Below, piece after piece: positions 47,401 through 59,197 of a stretch of 64,000 nt of DNA. Each line of letters opens with the position of its first letter. The stretch's first letter is position 1. The notes below the pieces were generated by a model, which saw only the letters and a program-made list of their open reading frames with translations, did not search any database and was not told where the DNA came from. The DNA comes from Orbicella franksi (Eukaryota), in NCBI GenBank assembly GCA_964199315.1, contig OZ116700.1:4898001-4962000 (forward strand). The letters are read 5' to 3'. A program made the translations under genes and the position numbers.

Positions 47401-48676
47401 TACCACCAGTGGAAGAAACAGAACAAGGGCCGAGTGACAGACCCTCAGGGAGCCCCTCAAAGGGCCCCTCAAGACATCGTGCAAGCAGGTAAGTTCTTTT
47501 GCACTTGAAAAAGGACCCGGAAGGCCATTTAGACAATCTAGGACCAATATCATTTACGGGACAAGAACAAAAGTCCTCCAACTGAAGCGTTGACTTATAG
47601 ACTCTCTTTTATTTCTGTTATATCTTGCAGCGGAAAACGCCCCACCCCTTCCACCCCGACCCAGTCGCCAGGAACAGACTGCCACCCCATCCCTGCCCCC
47701 ACGCAGGCCTCAGAGGTATTTCCGTGTGCCGTTCATGCGCCGTTCAAATCAGTATCGAGACACCGACTTCAAGAAGCAGGGCTTGTGGTAAGTGTCAACA
47801 CCATCTATTGGTATCTTATTTTTTACAGAAATAAACTTTGACAGCTTTTACCGTAAAGAAAGTGGGTTTTTTAAAATTTCCTTTTTGCTTTAAAAGCGAC
47901 GGCCACTAGTCACTCTTGGGTTCGGTCACATCTGGGGAGGCAGCGTGGCCCAATGGCTAGGGAGCCGGACTTGAAATCTGGAGATCGCGTTTTCAAGTCC
48001 CACTCTGACCACTAAGCTTGAGTTGTTTCTCGGTGGTCCCGAGTTTAACTCCTCGGTCATGTTTGTAAATAGCCAACTGGTCTGCCTCCTGCCAGTTGGG
48101 ATTTTTAAGCCTGTTGTTTTTAGTTGATATATTTGGTTCTTTCAGTATAATAAGTTGCAGGCTTGTGAGCTAGCTACGTAGGTGTAGCTACGCGCATTGA
48201 CCACCATTAACAACAACATCTGAGCCATTAAATTTGGTGGGGGGGAGGTCATTTTCGGAGAGGAGCTTTTGATCTTCTTTGTTAACGGTACTTTCGACGC
48301 GCAAAGTTTCTCCCTACTTGAGAAAAGCGATGTGTGACATGGGTCGCCGTGACATTGGTTACGCAAAGTAGACGATACAAGCGAGTAACGTCACATGTCA
48401 CGCCACGTGCGGTGTATCTGTTGCAGGTATGCACACTTTGATGGACAATGGATCGCGCGCCAAATGGAGCTGCACCCAGGACAGCCTGCCCTGCTGTTGG
48501 TGGCTGGCGAGGACGACCTGGACATGTGCGAGCTGAGTCTTGACGAGACAAGACTGAGCATGCGTCAGGGAGCTGAAATCACTCTCAGAGATTTTGAAAT
48601 AGAGTGGCAGAGAAATGGAGGAGCTCCCAGACAGTACCAAGCCAAAATGTACCAGCAACAGTTTTCAAATCAATGA
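28485..48676 (+). CDS. MYO6: Unconventional myosin VI, 33 coding exons, 3720 nt including stop (1239 aa)
   Basis: Exons: 28485-28601, 28711-28780, 30050-30123, 30337-30466, 31080-31139, 31423-31468, 31802-31863, 32244-32341, 32826-32990, 33444-33624, 34449-34578, 35087-35244, 35838-35929, 36184-36256, 37444-37571, 37896-37991, 38591-38794, 39375-39413, 39890-40056, 40828-40885, 40981-41058, 41649-41778, 42444-42534, 43207-43268, 43798-43886, 44041-44258, 44592-44694, 45273-45322, 46017-46133, 46823-46908, 47348-47488, 47631-47787, 48427-48676. P-loop [21 protein letters not shown], insert-2 ([11 protein letters not shown]), IQ motif, ER/K SAH, MIU ([13 protein letters not shown]), [16 protein letters not shown] motif, [17 protein letters not shown]. 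Confidence 0.97.
29748..29898. mobile_element. Decayed hairpin MITE
   Basis: ttcaaagggtgaataac / gttatccaccctttgaa. Confidence 0.65.
34081..34371. mobile_element. TA-flanked MITE with TCGAG subrepeats
   Basis: tacaggccaaatgtaagttgacagtc / gactgtcaacttacatttgaccggta. Confidence 0.8.
35422..35465. repeat. (TAT)n microsatellite
   Basis: Direct reading. Confidence 0.95.
36340..36795. repeat. About 31-bp minisatellite with a 93-bp higher-order period, in a MYO6 intron
   Basis: ggtcattgttttacccac recurs at 36496, 36589 and 36682; basic unit gtcattgtgttac..ccacttcc. Confidence 0.9.
37197..37320. repeat. Perfect 62-bp tandem duplication
   Basis: ctgttctccctgcttatcc..ggttactttgc present twice. Confidence 0.95.
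41271..41522 (+). mobile_element. tRNA-derived SINE (5'-truncated)
   Basis: ccgggttcgagcgctggc B-box region; core shared with 25210-25504. Confidence 0.8.
43410..43660. repeat. Degenerate about 30-bp tandem repeat (tttcccgcgctt..ggttac)
   Basis: Motif recurs about 6 times. Confidence 0.7.
44695..45140. repeat. Compound (GGCA)/(GACA)/(GTCA) tetranucleotide tracts
   Basis: Direct reading; begins at the donor of the MYO6 SAH exon. Confidence 0.85.
47936..48125 (+). mobile_element. tRNA-derived SINE, second family
   Basis: ggaggcagcgtggcccaatggctaggg..ttcaagtccc tRNA-like head plus tail aaatagccaactggtctgcctcc. Confidence 0.75.
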
Positions 48677-51324
48677 GAAGAACAATGCCGGCCAAATGTA
48701 TGGAGTAAAGAAGGGTTAGGGAAGGAAACATGACATCATTTAGCTGCTAAAGAATTCGTTAGTCTTTTAATCTCATATGAATTGTTCGTACCACGATGTT
48801 TATACCTCCATTACAGAGTCACCTCTTGCCTGTAATTCAAGCAATGCCTGGTGTTTAACCTCGATTGAGTTCGATCTGCATGAAAATAACGATACATTAA
48901 AATTCCTTTTGGTTTGAGAGGTTTTTCACTAGACTTTGTTTTAAGACAAAGGCGACCGCGGAATGGTCAGTTGCGTTTGTTGTAGTCATAGGATGCTCAT
49001 TAAATCAATCATTTGTGCAATACTTTTGTTTTAAAGTACACGGTTCGGATAAATCAGGTGGGGCCATGTTGCTTGGATAAAACTATAGTAACGTTGAAAA
49101 TGACAGTTAAGATAATTTTTAAAATGTACTGTGTTGTAATATAATTCAGCTCGGTGAAAGTCGACTTTAGCCAGTTGTTGGTGAAGCGGGCGGAACAAAA
49201 AGCGGAAAATAAAACATAAAGAAAATAAACGCGTCAAGTAACCCAAGAGGGAGTTTAATGCCTGGTGCAGTCCTTCTTTTCTCTGGTTCATAGTCTAGAG
49301 CCTGGAACTGGCTAACTCGAATGTAGTGTTAGTATTAGTTTTCTAATTTAGTCAGAGACGCATAAATTGACGGGCAAGGTAGGGCAGTTCACTGGAAGAT
49401 TTGAACGAAAATGTCATTTGACCGCACCGCCAGAATTCCTTTTGGTTTCTTCTTTCAATTAGATTTCCAAAACCCACTGATTCAAATGTAAAAGTATTAG
49501 CATAATAAAAGTCATCCTTTAAAAAGGATACTGGTCATTTTGGTCAAACAATACAGCCGTGCCTACCACGCACTGGGATTTAATGCATCGGTTTTTTCGT
49601 ATTTGTTTGGACAAATAATGTAAAGGAAAATCAAACATCCGAAACACTAGACTTGTGAAATGGAATAAACCAACGGGTTAATTATCATCTCCTGTCAAAC
49701 AGGCTCTAAGCGTGTTTCAGTCTTACGAGGTAAGGTCCAAATCATGCTCTTTGAGGTGACTCAGTCACGCTCAGTCACGCCAATTTAAGTGATTCTGTCA
49801 CGCTGGGTCATGCTTTACCGTTCTAGGTCACGAAATTTTTCATTCACACTATTTCACTTCAATTTATCATGACGCCATGTCACACTAGTTCATTAATAGG
49901 TCACGCTATTTCAGGTAACTTCGCCACTACAAATCACGCTATTTGAGGTGGTTCTTTGGCATGTAAACTAATTTCCAAATTCCATCGAGCGGACTAAAAT
50001 TGGACAAATCACTTTCGAGTCATCCAAAGGGCCATCATTTCATTAACGAAATTATCTTGGACATTTGATGACTAATTGAATTTTCTCCTTTACAATTAGA
50101 GATAGGCGTGACACTAAAAATGTGAATTGCTACCATTGAATTTAGGGAAATGTTTCAATGCTTAAGTTTTATTACAGCAGTTAGTTACGGTTAGTTAAAT
50201 TAATTTATCAATAATTACATTTCTTTGAAGGGAAACTCTTAGATTGAGTTGACTGAAAACTGATTTCAAGAATTTGAAGTGGTGAAAACTGCAGACCCAA
50301 ATTATGGAACGAAATTGTTTGTAGTGTTTAACAGAAATTGTAGGGAAGTGGGGAAGATATTCAAAGTTGTTGAAATTCATTTCAATTTTCACGCAAATAT
50401 TTGTTTTGAAGCGACCGTCAAAGCTACTAGGATATGAGAGTTTTTGAGAGTTCTTTTTCTTTTGCTTTTTATATCTATGCCTTTTTTTATTCGTGAGGTC
50501 GAGAAAAGTTTGCAAAATTGGAAAGTTTGACAACTTTTCTCGGTACAAGGTGAGCTATGCAAGTACTACGCACAAAGAAATGCATTATTGAAAGGAAATA
50601 TAAAATGTTTTCTAGTTTAGAATCGATGCACAAGTAATACAGTTCTATGGGTTGATTATTTAATATCTGAATTTATTTATTAACTGATTAAGTTAAGTTC
50701 ATTGTTGGCACATTTTCGTAGAGGCACTCAGAGTTTCCAGGTCTTTCTATTGAATCAAAAGATAGCATTCGCAAGTGGACTGACAAGAGACGACAGGAAG
50801 TTAGTTCACGCTGCTTAGCAACGACTCTATGTTGGAACTTAAGATTGGGCGAGCTTGCGACTTCTGAGTGTTTCAACGAAGATTGACAAAATGGCATGTT
50901 TTTTCATTCTGTTTTAGCGTTTGTATGAGTTTCAAATGGACCTCATTACTAGTAATTATTAATTTATTATCAGTAATTTAATACGCTCTGTTAAAGTCCA
51001 CGCTTTGTGAGCAAGATACAAGGGAGTGGAACTAGGCGTGAATCTTATAATTACTTTAGCTTTTGCTGGATTGTCGTTTGCTTATCTTGTTTGGAGACAG
51101 AATAGTTCAGTTAACAATTCTCAGTGTTTCTTTGAAGAAAAATAGATTAGAATTCGTAACAGAATCTATTTATGTTGAGAATAGAAAACTTTTGTGCGTG
51201 TTTGTGAACTCTTACGGATATTTGTGGGGCATCTTTCAATTTGCCTCTCGTCTGAACGAAGAAATAGTTTTCATTTTGCCTCAGGGCAGACACCTGCTGG
51301 TCTACTGTTAGGTATATATTTCAG

Positions 51325-51510
51325 TACCGTAAACATGTAGTGCTTGGTAACACCAGGAAAACTCGTTCCCAGTGACCGTCCATGTCATACATCTCGAGAT
51401 CAGAGTGAGCCCTGGGATTGAAGTTGAAAGTCCAGCTTAGTTTTTCATAATGCGTTTTGTATTTTTTAAAGAAATTTATAATGTGTCTGTGTTTCTACAT
51501 GTTTACGGTA
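51325..51510. mobile_element. Tc1/mariner-type MITE
   Basis: Perfect 16-bp inverted ends TACCGTAAACATGTAG including the TA. Confidence 0.8.
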
Positions 51511-52143
51511 ACTGCTACTTAGGTTTCTTTTGAATAAGTGGAATAAAGATTTCTTTAAGACTTTCATCTGTGTAGGATGCCTTCTTCTTTCACGCGTACA
51601 CGCGTGAGTGCTTTGTTTTTGAGCCGCGATTTTATACCAAGGCAGTGGAATTCATTCGTGATCTCAGAGCCTTCGTTCCAACTGCTCAACGACTGCAAAT
51701 TAAGAATGGGAAGGAGTGGGGCAAAAACGAATGTTTGTCATTCGGCGACACTGAATAAATTTCGCGGCAAATGACTCCAAGTCAGGGTGTCCCATTAAAA
51801 CCAGCCATTTTCCTTTAATTTACAAACTGTACAAATATATACATGATTATAAAATGTTGCAAGGTTAGGAAACATGCTTACAATCGTTTCTTTCAGTCCA
51901 AAATTCACGGTAATATAAATGTACTAATATTCCAGTGGATTTCTGTTAAAAACGAAAACTTTGTCGCGGGCGATAAGTCACACTTCAAATATTAGTTTTC
52001 TGATTAACAAAACGAATAAGTGAAACGTATTTTCACAACCAAGTTGTGCAAGTATTTCGTTCTCGTCTCACGATCGATTCGTCGAATACCCGCGAAAATA
52101 TAAATATTCATAGGTTTTATACAGAGTGTACAACCTTTGGATA

Positions 52144-52198
52144 TACAGTGGAACCCGGCCTTACGGCCACCCCGTTAACATGGCCACCTTCTGGCCCG

Positions 52199-52231
<33 letters not shown>

Positions 52232-52355
52232 AGCTTAGTCAATCATTTTCTTATTTAAAGAACTCCTAACCCTAACCCCCTTTATACAGCCACCACGTTA
52301 ATACGGCCAGATTTTTGTGCCTTGTTGGTGACCGGATTAACGGAGTTCCACTGTA
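52144..52355. mobile_element. pogo/Tigger-like MITE
   Basis: TA|CAGTGGAAC ... GTTCCACTG|TA. Confidence 0.85.
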
Positions 52356-52662
52356 TTTATATTTTGTAATAAGGAACGTTTTAATAAAGAGCGACGATTA
52401 TCAAAAATTCTACCTAAAAAACTGTGCTTTCAGTTCAGTTTGGTTGCCAGGTAACAAATCAAGCTGAAGCCAGAAATTCCAGAATGTGCTTGTACCCAGC
52501 CTTCCTCCACCCGGTCCCGTCTCCCTCCGCCACCAGCACACACTCTACACTCCTTTTACCATGAACCGAGTGCAAAGCAGGCTTGAAGAGAGTCCATATG
52601 TTTCTCTAGTTTTCTGCTGTCTCCTGCGAGCAGAAACCGGATCCTGTGGTTTTTCTTCAGTT

Positions 52663-53461
52663 TTATAGTACATAGTTAAACCCGGTCTCTCTGTCATGTG
52701 ACTTCACCACTTGGTCGATACCCCGGATCATGTTGAAAGCACCCAGAATTCCAAGCAACTAAACAGAAAGAAGCATATGAAATGCAATTTTGAACATCAG
52801 AATCACCTGTTTGTTACATTATATAGCCAGAAACCTTTATCTGACACGTGGCATGTTTGTTTAGCTCCAACAACAATATGCCATTTTCCGACGGAGTTTC
52901 CTTTTGCCTCTTCGTTAGTCTTTGTGCAAACATTTTCAGATGAACATGTGACTGATATACACAAAAATAACCGGGAACGTTAAAAACATCTTCACTGAAA
53001 TGGTTTTGTACGAAGACTCGTTTGGACTCATGAGGCAAAAGGCAACTTTGGAAATGGCCTTATCAATCAGCCTCGTTTTTATACGCTCAGGGGAGTCTGG
53101 ACGCTATTTTGAGACAGGTTTTTCTCCCTCCTCCTCCCCCTCTCCATCCCAGGCTTTGCGCAGTCATGGAATAAGAAAGAATCTCCACGTACATGTACCT
53201 GAATAACAGCAAAGCCAAACGCGAGGCCACCAACGATGTGAAGATTGTCGTTAATCCAGTTTGTCAAGCTTTCAATACAACCTGTGGTGTATATCAACGA
53301 TGAAGCTTCTGTTTCCTGAGGCACAAACAGGGCTTGTATTATTTGGTGTGGGATATTAAAGACTGTGAAGTATATATGAAATAATTCATATTTGAACTGC
53401 GGTTGTAGATGAAAGTGAAGAGTGATCATCGCGGTAAATTTTTTTTTTTTTTTTTTTTGGA

Positions 53462-53492
<31 letters not shown>

Positions 53493-56400
53493 ATATTAAA
53501 GACTAAAGCCCTACCATTCCCGAGCAGATCAGTACCAGGTTAAAATTTCAAGCGAGTTGGGCATCTGGCTGCAATTTAAAATGGTTCATAAAACCTTCAA
53601 AATTGAAAGTTGAGCAAACATAATTGCGAAAGCTCACTGATTTTTATAACACACATGGTCGTGAAATCCCATTGATTGTTTGCATCATATCCTGAGGAAT
53701 ATTAGATTTTTCCAGGCGTTCAGTATTCGGAAGAGCGTGACGTTGTGTTACATGTACCTTATTTAGAAATGAGTGACAGGGATCAAATGTCAAGTACTTT
53801 TATGTAGTTCCACGCGGTTTTTGATAGTGCAAGTCGAATGTTCGCCATGGAGGTTTTTCCTAGTCAAAATAAAGTCAAACGTTGAGTTCAACCGCGGATT
53901 TATTGCGTCGTTCTCAACATTCCGTTAGTTGGGCGCAGTGTCAAAAACCGGCGGAGGCGGGCTTGGTGCGAACGTTTTCTCGCCTTACCGCGCCGCGCCT
54001 CTCCCCTATTTTTTCGTGCGCCATTTTTCGCTCCAACTATTAAAGTGAATTCCTGAAAAAGGCTTGAGGAATAAGTGAGGGGTGTCATTTTACAACTTCA
54101 CCACTTCATTACATTACAAGCGAAGTAACACTTCCTATTTTGGTATTTTGTAACTTGCCTTCAGGTCGAGAGCGGAACGAGAAAAGTGGCTGCAACACGC
54201 CAAAACCCGCGAAACCGTGCGCCATTTTTCGCGCAGCGCCCCAACTATTGAAATGAATTCCTAGAAAAGGCGTGATGAATATGTGAAGGGTGTCATTTTA
54301 CAACTTTGCCACTTCATTACATTGCAAGCGAAGTAACACTTCCTATTTTTGCATTTTGTAACCTGTCTTCAGGTCGAGAGCGGAACGAGAAAAGTGGCTG
54401 CAACACGCCAAAACCCGCGAAACTGTGCAAAAAGTGCGAGATTGAGGAGAGACCGCTTACAACTAACCGCAAAGAACTTTCACAAAGTCCAATTGTCAGC
54501 CACTTTCGGGACACTTGCGCGCTTTTCAGCGCCTTGAAGGAGTTCAACTGACAAAAAAAAACATTTTCGGTAAACGGCGTTTTTACCGTAATAGAAAGAC
54601 ATATCGCCCATTGACAAACAAGTACCAGTGAAGTTCCTGCAAAGATCCGAAAGGCTAGAGAATGACCAGTTGGGCAATTAAATTTAGCGTGGCCAGGTAA
54701 AATATGTTGGTGAAAGACGGAGCGACCTACCAGTTTCTCTTTTCTCACTGAAAATCCACAGTGCGTGTTAATTAGATCCTGCACAACAAAATAAAAAAAA
54801 ATAGAATAATTGCTTAAGTATAAGAATAGCATTTAATAGGGCTGTACAGTGTAATCAGATGGCACTGTTGAAAGCAACACTGCAACGGAAGGCAGAGATA
54901 ATCGTATCTATAACAGAATTTTCGATTTTTTCATTCATTGGATTTGTAATTATAGTAATTGGAGCGAAAGGAGTATAATTCAGGAAGCAGTCAGGCGTAT
55001 AATTTCAAAATCGGACGATATAAAACTTACGAACGCGATTAATCTCTGAATTGTACGACTCGAGGTCCAATTAGGAATAAAAATATCATGCCGTCATTAA
55101 GAAGTCTTTAGGAACTTTTGAGCGAAAACGTCAGTAGTAGCTTGTAGTACTTTTCAAAAGTTTTACAAACAGTAGAAAAACATGACGATGAAAGTTAGAG
55201 CGCAAAGTAATTGACATGCTAATGGCGTAGGTGTCCAGTTACGGGTGCCAAATTGCGGTTTTATCCACTAACAAAACGTTGTACCTAGTTGACACCTGTA
55301 AGTGGTCACCCACGTGATCGGAGCTTAAGTGAAACTCGAGCCACAGGCCCACACCGATGTTAATCCATTGCCCATTATTCCCCGGCATTCTGTGAAGTTT
55401 TCCAGCTAACAGACTGCTGGTAGTACCCATTCATACTCGTTTCTGGGGAAAGGCACTGCAGTAAGAGTTAATCGCCCAAGGACACAACACAAATCCAGAC
55501 CAACCAAAGCAGAGTCCATTGTGAATGTAGTAAAAATTTTACTAGTTGGACAAATTGTTCTCTGGGAAAATTCTCTAGCTTACCTCTCGACAGCAAGAGA
55601 AAGGCACACCACACGCTTGCACAGTGTTAGCAGAACAGTTAAAATGATCATTCAGCTCCCAGTCATGATATGAGAAGCCTCCACAACACTTCAAACCTTT
55701 CTGTATTCCATCTATGGCATTCTGGAGGTCAGGGTCATCTCGGTATCGCATGATCACATTGTGTGTTGCCTCTTTGATTTTGCTACGTGTCTGAGGATGC
55801 AAGATGAATATTTATGGCTTGATTTTTGATAGGTTTAGTTAATGCCGATCTTTATTATGTACACCATCTCTTTTAACGTTCCAATCCCAGATGCTAATAC
55901 TGATTCTATTTAGTGCCTCGCTTCCACTTTGATTAAGGTTATCATATACCAGGTGATGCAGTGCATCCAGTTTAAACTGTACAGACACATGTACCTTAAA
56001 CTGGAATTTTGAAATAAAATTAATTCTCGAATTTTTCACTTCCTCTAAATGCGAATGTCTGATTATAACCTTTTCAAAGCTACACGTACAAGTCAAAGGG
56101 AATTTGTTTGTTTACCCTAATATTTGGACAGTAGCTAGTTTAACATCAAAAAAACAGTAACAGTCTGTGAATTTTTTGTTTCAAAATAATTTTTTTCCAA
56201 AAACAATTTTTGTACATTCATTCCACATTGTTTAGTCTTGTTTCAAAAATATTCTGTAATTTTTCACTGAAATTGAAAATGGCAAATGTGACGCATTTTT
56301 TTAGCACTTTGGGTACAGAAACTGAAGAACAATTTAAATAAACAAGACTAAAATTCGACTTGCAGCTTTCTAATTAAGGGTGACTTGGATGCTCGCATTT

Positions 56401-59055
56401 AGAGGTCGTGAAAAACTTGACCATTCATTTTATTTCAAACTTCTTGGTACAGTTTGATAACCAGTTTTTATAAGCTTTATTAATTTTATATTGGAGTTTA
56501 GGTATCTACAGTTTAAACCGGATGCACTACATTGCTTTGATGCGAGACACCTCTAAAGGTACAGTATATGGTAACCTTAAGTGACTCCCTTTTCTTATTA
56601 GTGTCCTATGTCAATATTAAGTCACTTCTCCCAGTCTGTTCCAATTTCAAATAAGCACCTCTATTCTGTTTTACCTGCGGCACCATCAGGGTACATTGCA
56701 CTCAATTAACTGAGGTTCACATTCCCTCTAAATTGCTCAGTCACTTAATTCTCACACAAGAAAAATGGCCATTCAATTACCTTGTCAACAAAAAAGAAAG
56801 CGATGAAGCCTGTGATCAGTTCCAGAACAAAGATAATGGTCAAAGATCCCATGAACTGGAAACAAATCAAACAAATAACATTAAATTAATTATATTAAAA
56901 AGAAAATTATAAACAAACATTTTAAAGAGATCCCCACAAATCAATTCATTATCAAGAGGCATCATTTACTGAGCCTGGCAAAGAAATTTTATATGTTATC
57001 AAGTATTCACTTTTGCAGAGAATGAGGCAACTTCTAGCCAATTGTACTGGCTGAAAGAGAACTTAAATCTCAGGCCACAATTTTATAAAGCAAAGGCTTG
57101 GGTAAACTTTTGAGCTGCCAAGACCAGAAAATCAGCTGAGCTTGTTGATTGAGCCGGTTTAGTGTTTTGATAGCTACATCCCTGTCTTTGGCACAATGTT
57201 GAATTGATCCGATGTCATTCAAGTTTGGCACTTTTTTAAAGAAAATGAAGTTCCACTGTAAAAATGTATTTCACTCACTATGTAAAGTAAGATCTTGTTT
57301 TCTCTCAGAGCTCCAATACAGCCACAAAATGTAACCACAAACATCAAACAACCAACAATGATAAGAAGAATGGAAGGGTCAAAGGCCAAACTGTCAAGGT
57401 CACTATATTCATTCTTTTCATCATGTGCCCAGGCTCCCACTCCAATGAGTATTATGCTGATGATCTGCATGTCGATGGTATAATGGGTGAGACATTAGTA
57501 AAGAAATTCAGCAACTAAAAGTTTACAACATTTGCATCTTATGTACAGGTCAATTAAACATCTTCTCTCTCTCCAGGCAACCAAAGCCTGCTTTCAGCAT
57601 CCACTGTGACAATACAGTCGAACCTGTACATAACGGCCACCCTCGGGACTTAAGGAACTGGCCGCTTAATACAGGCGGCCGCTTAATACAGGATCACTAA
57701 AACTACTCACTGGGCATGGTCTAATGTCAACTTTAATGGTATATCTACAAAAATACTTCACGCAAGGAAACAATAGGACAATCAAGACTCTTTCAAGCAA
57801 TCAATCAATCAAAGTTCTGTGCCAGCTTGTAACTTATGGTATTAATAATGTACATAACATTGTGTAAATGTACTGTGCAATACATGTAAATTGTCCTCTA
57901 CTCTTCTACGGTATACAGTGCTGTATTTCTATGGCTTACAGTCGACAACAAAAATATCTCACTCCATCATTTCATAGTTAATATGTTCAATTTCACAGTT
58001 GCTACGTTCAGGGTGGCCCCTTATACAGATAAGAATAACGAATAAAGACAAATATAGGACTGCTACAGGGTGGCTGCGGCCGCTGAATAGAGGTGGCTGC
58101 CTAATACAGGTAACAAATACAGCGTTTGTATTGGCGAAAAATCAAGACTTTGAAAACTGGCCGCTTAATAGAGGGTGGCTGTTTAATACAGGGCTGTTAC
58201 ATACAGGTCCAACCATATAAATAAGAGGAGATTATTTTTACCTTCAAACACTGTGCAGCCCTAGCTTTTGCAAGACCAGTTGGGGAGTTTAAGAAAACCA
58301 CAATGGCAACGACAATGGGAACGTCGCTAAACAAAAGATTTAATGAGGAGAACAATGGCTGTGCACATGTGTTATAACTCTTGATACATTTCTTTACCGT
58401 CCTAAACAAAGCAACAACATGAAATGACCAAATTCTGTGTTGTCTGGAGAACGAGAACCACAACGGCTAATTTTTTACATTTTTATTTCAAGTTTATCGC
58501 TATGTCTCAGATTCAGTTTCGTGGTAGTTTTGATAGTGATAAACAAAGTAAATAACTTAAAAGTATCGCGAGATTCGTAGATAAAATATAAAGTCATTAT
58601 TTAATCGAAGTTGGTCTCAACGTCGCCGTCGTGGTTATTTAAACTCCCTATTTTAACCCTTACCCCTCCCATGTTATGTCAATATCAATTAATGATGTCA
58701 CATAAACCCCCGGATATGCCAGGGGGGTGCTGATGTCTCTAATCGATGCGTTACTGAGAACATGACAATTAGTTTCAACGTCATGAATAGAACAACCAAA
58801 TATTTTTTTCGCAGAACGAATATTACAAGAAATGCTCGTTGTAGAAGTGATCTTGTACAAAGAATTGCTGGGTTTCCCAAGTTATGGACACTTACGTTTG
58901 CAGATTGCTTCAGTCTGTATGTTCAGCTGTTAAACATATTTGCTACAAGCTACAAGATCTCAGATACTTACCCACAAAATGGTATTAGTAGCAAAAAGGA
59001 AATACTTCACAACACAATGAAAGCTTAACTTCTCCCTCAGTGAATTTTCCTCCAT
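52663..59055 (-). CDS. Tetraspanin, TspanC8 subfamily (TSPAN5/14/15/17/33-like), 7 exons, 270 aa
   Basis: Exons 59055-58972 (MEENSLREKLSFHCVVKYFLFATNTILW), 57464-57279, 56855-56781, 55790-55584, 54778-54731, 53315-53199, 52758-52663 (LLGILGAFNMIRGIDQVVKS..*). All introns phase 0; four TM segments; GCIGALREN; large loop CCG..FNC..CGVPFSCC..NTHCG..GC has 8 Cys. Confidence 0.93.
53365..53492. mobile_element. Tail-to-tail fragment of the 15446 element family with a 12-bp TSD
   Basis: ATATTAAAGACT at 53353-53364 and 53493-53504; inverted arms atgaaagtgaagagtgatcatcgcggtaaattt / aaatttactgcgatgatcattcttcactttcat around poly-T. Confidence 0.8.
54016..54428. repeat. About 200-bp diverged tandem duplication
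   Basis: Units start gtgcgccatttttcgc at 54016 and 54217; shared ttcaggtcgagagcggaacgagaaaagtggctgcaacacgccaaaacccgcgaaac. Confidence 0.9.
57613..58210. mobile_element. pogo/Tigger-like non-autonomous element (decayed)
   Basis: tacagtcgaacctgtacataac left end; ggccgcttaata subrepeats at both ends. Confidence 0.6.
58281..58650. mobile_element. MITE with GGGAGTTTAA TIRs
   Basis: ggggagtttaagaaaaccac / gtggttatttaaactcccta. Confidence 0.75.
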
Positions 59056-59197
59056 GAAATTTTCTGTCCTGAAACTTTCTGAGGAAAACAAAACTTTGAC
59101 AACTCTCGATCAATGATTCTTCGATCACCCAGGAACCAGGCCTCCCCGGGAAAGTATGCCGCACGGTATTATGGGTCATTTCCTTGTCAAAACAAAG
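59056..59197. promoter_or_regulatory. Candidate bidirectional promoter (tetraspanin / ankyrin gene)
   Basis: Divergent start codons 142 bp apart; AAGATGGCAGC (YY1-like) at the ankyrin ATG. Confidence 0.65.

Noticed and set aside
50688-50897. Minus-strand ORF ending in a YENV tyrosine motif, as a possible alternative tetraspanin tail
   Set aside because: The nearest acceptor gives an in-frame TGA, the phase does not fit, and a proper last exon exists at 52758-52663.
59140-59155. STAT (GAS) site in the bidirectional promoter
   Set aside because: CCCCGGGAA does not match TTCnnnGAA on either strand.
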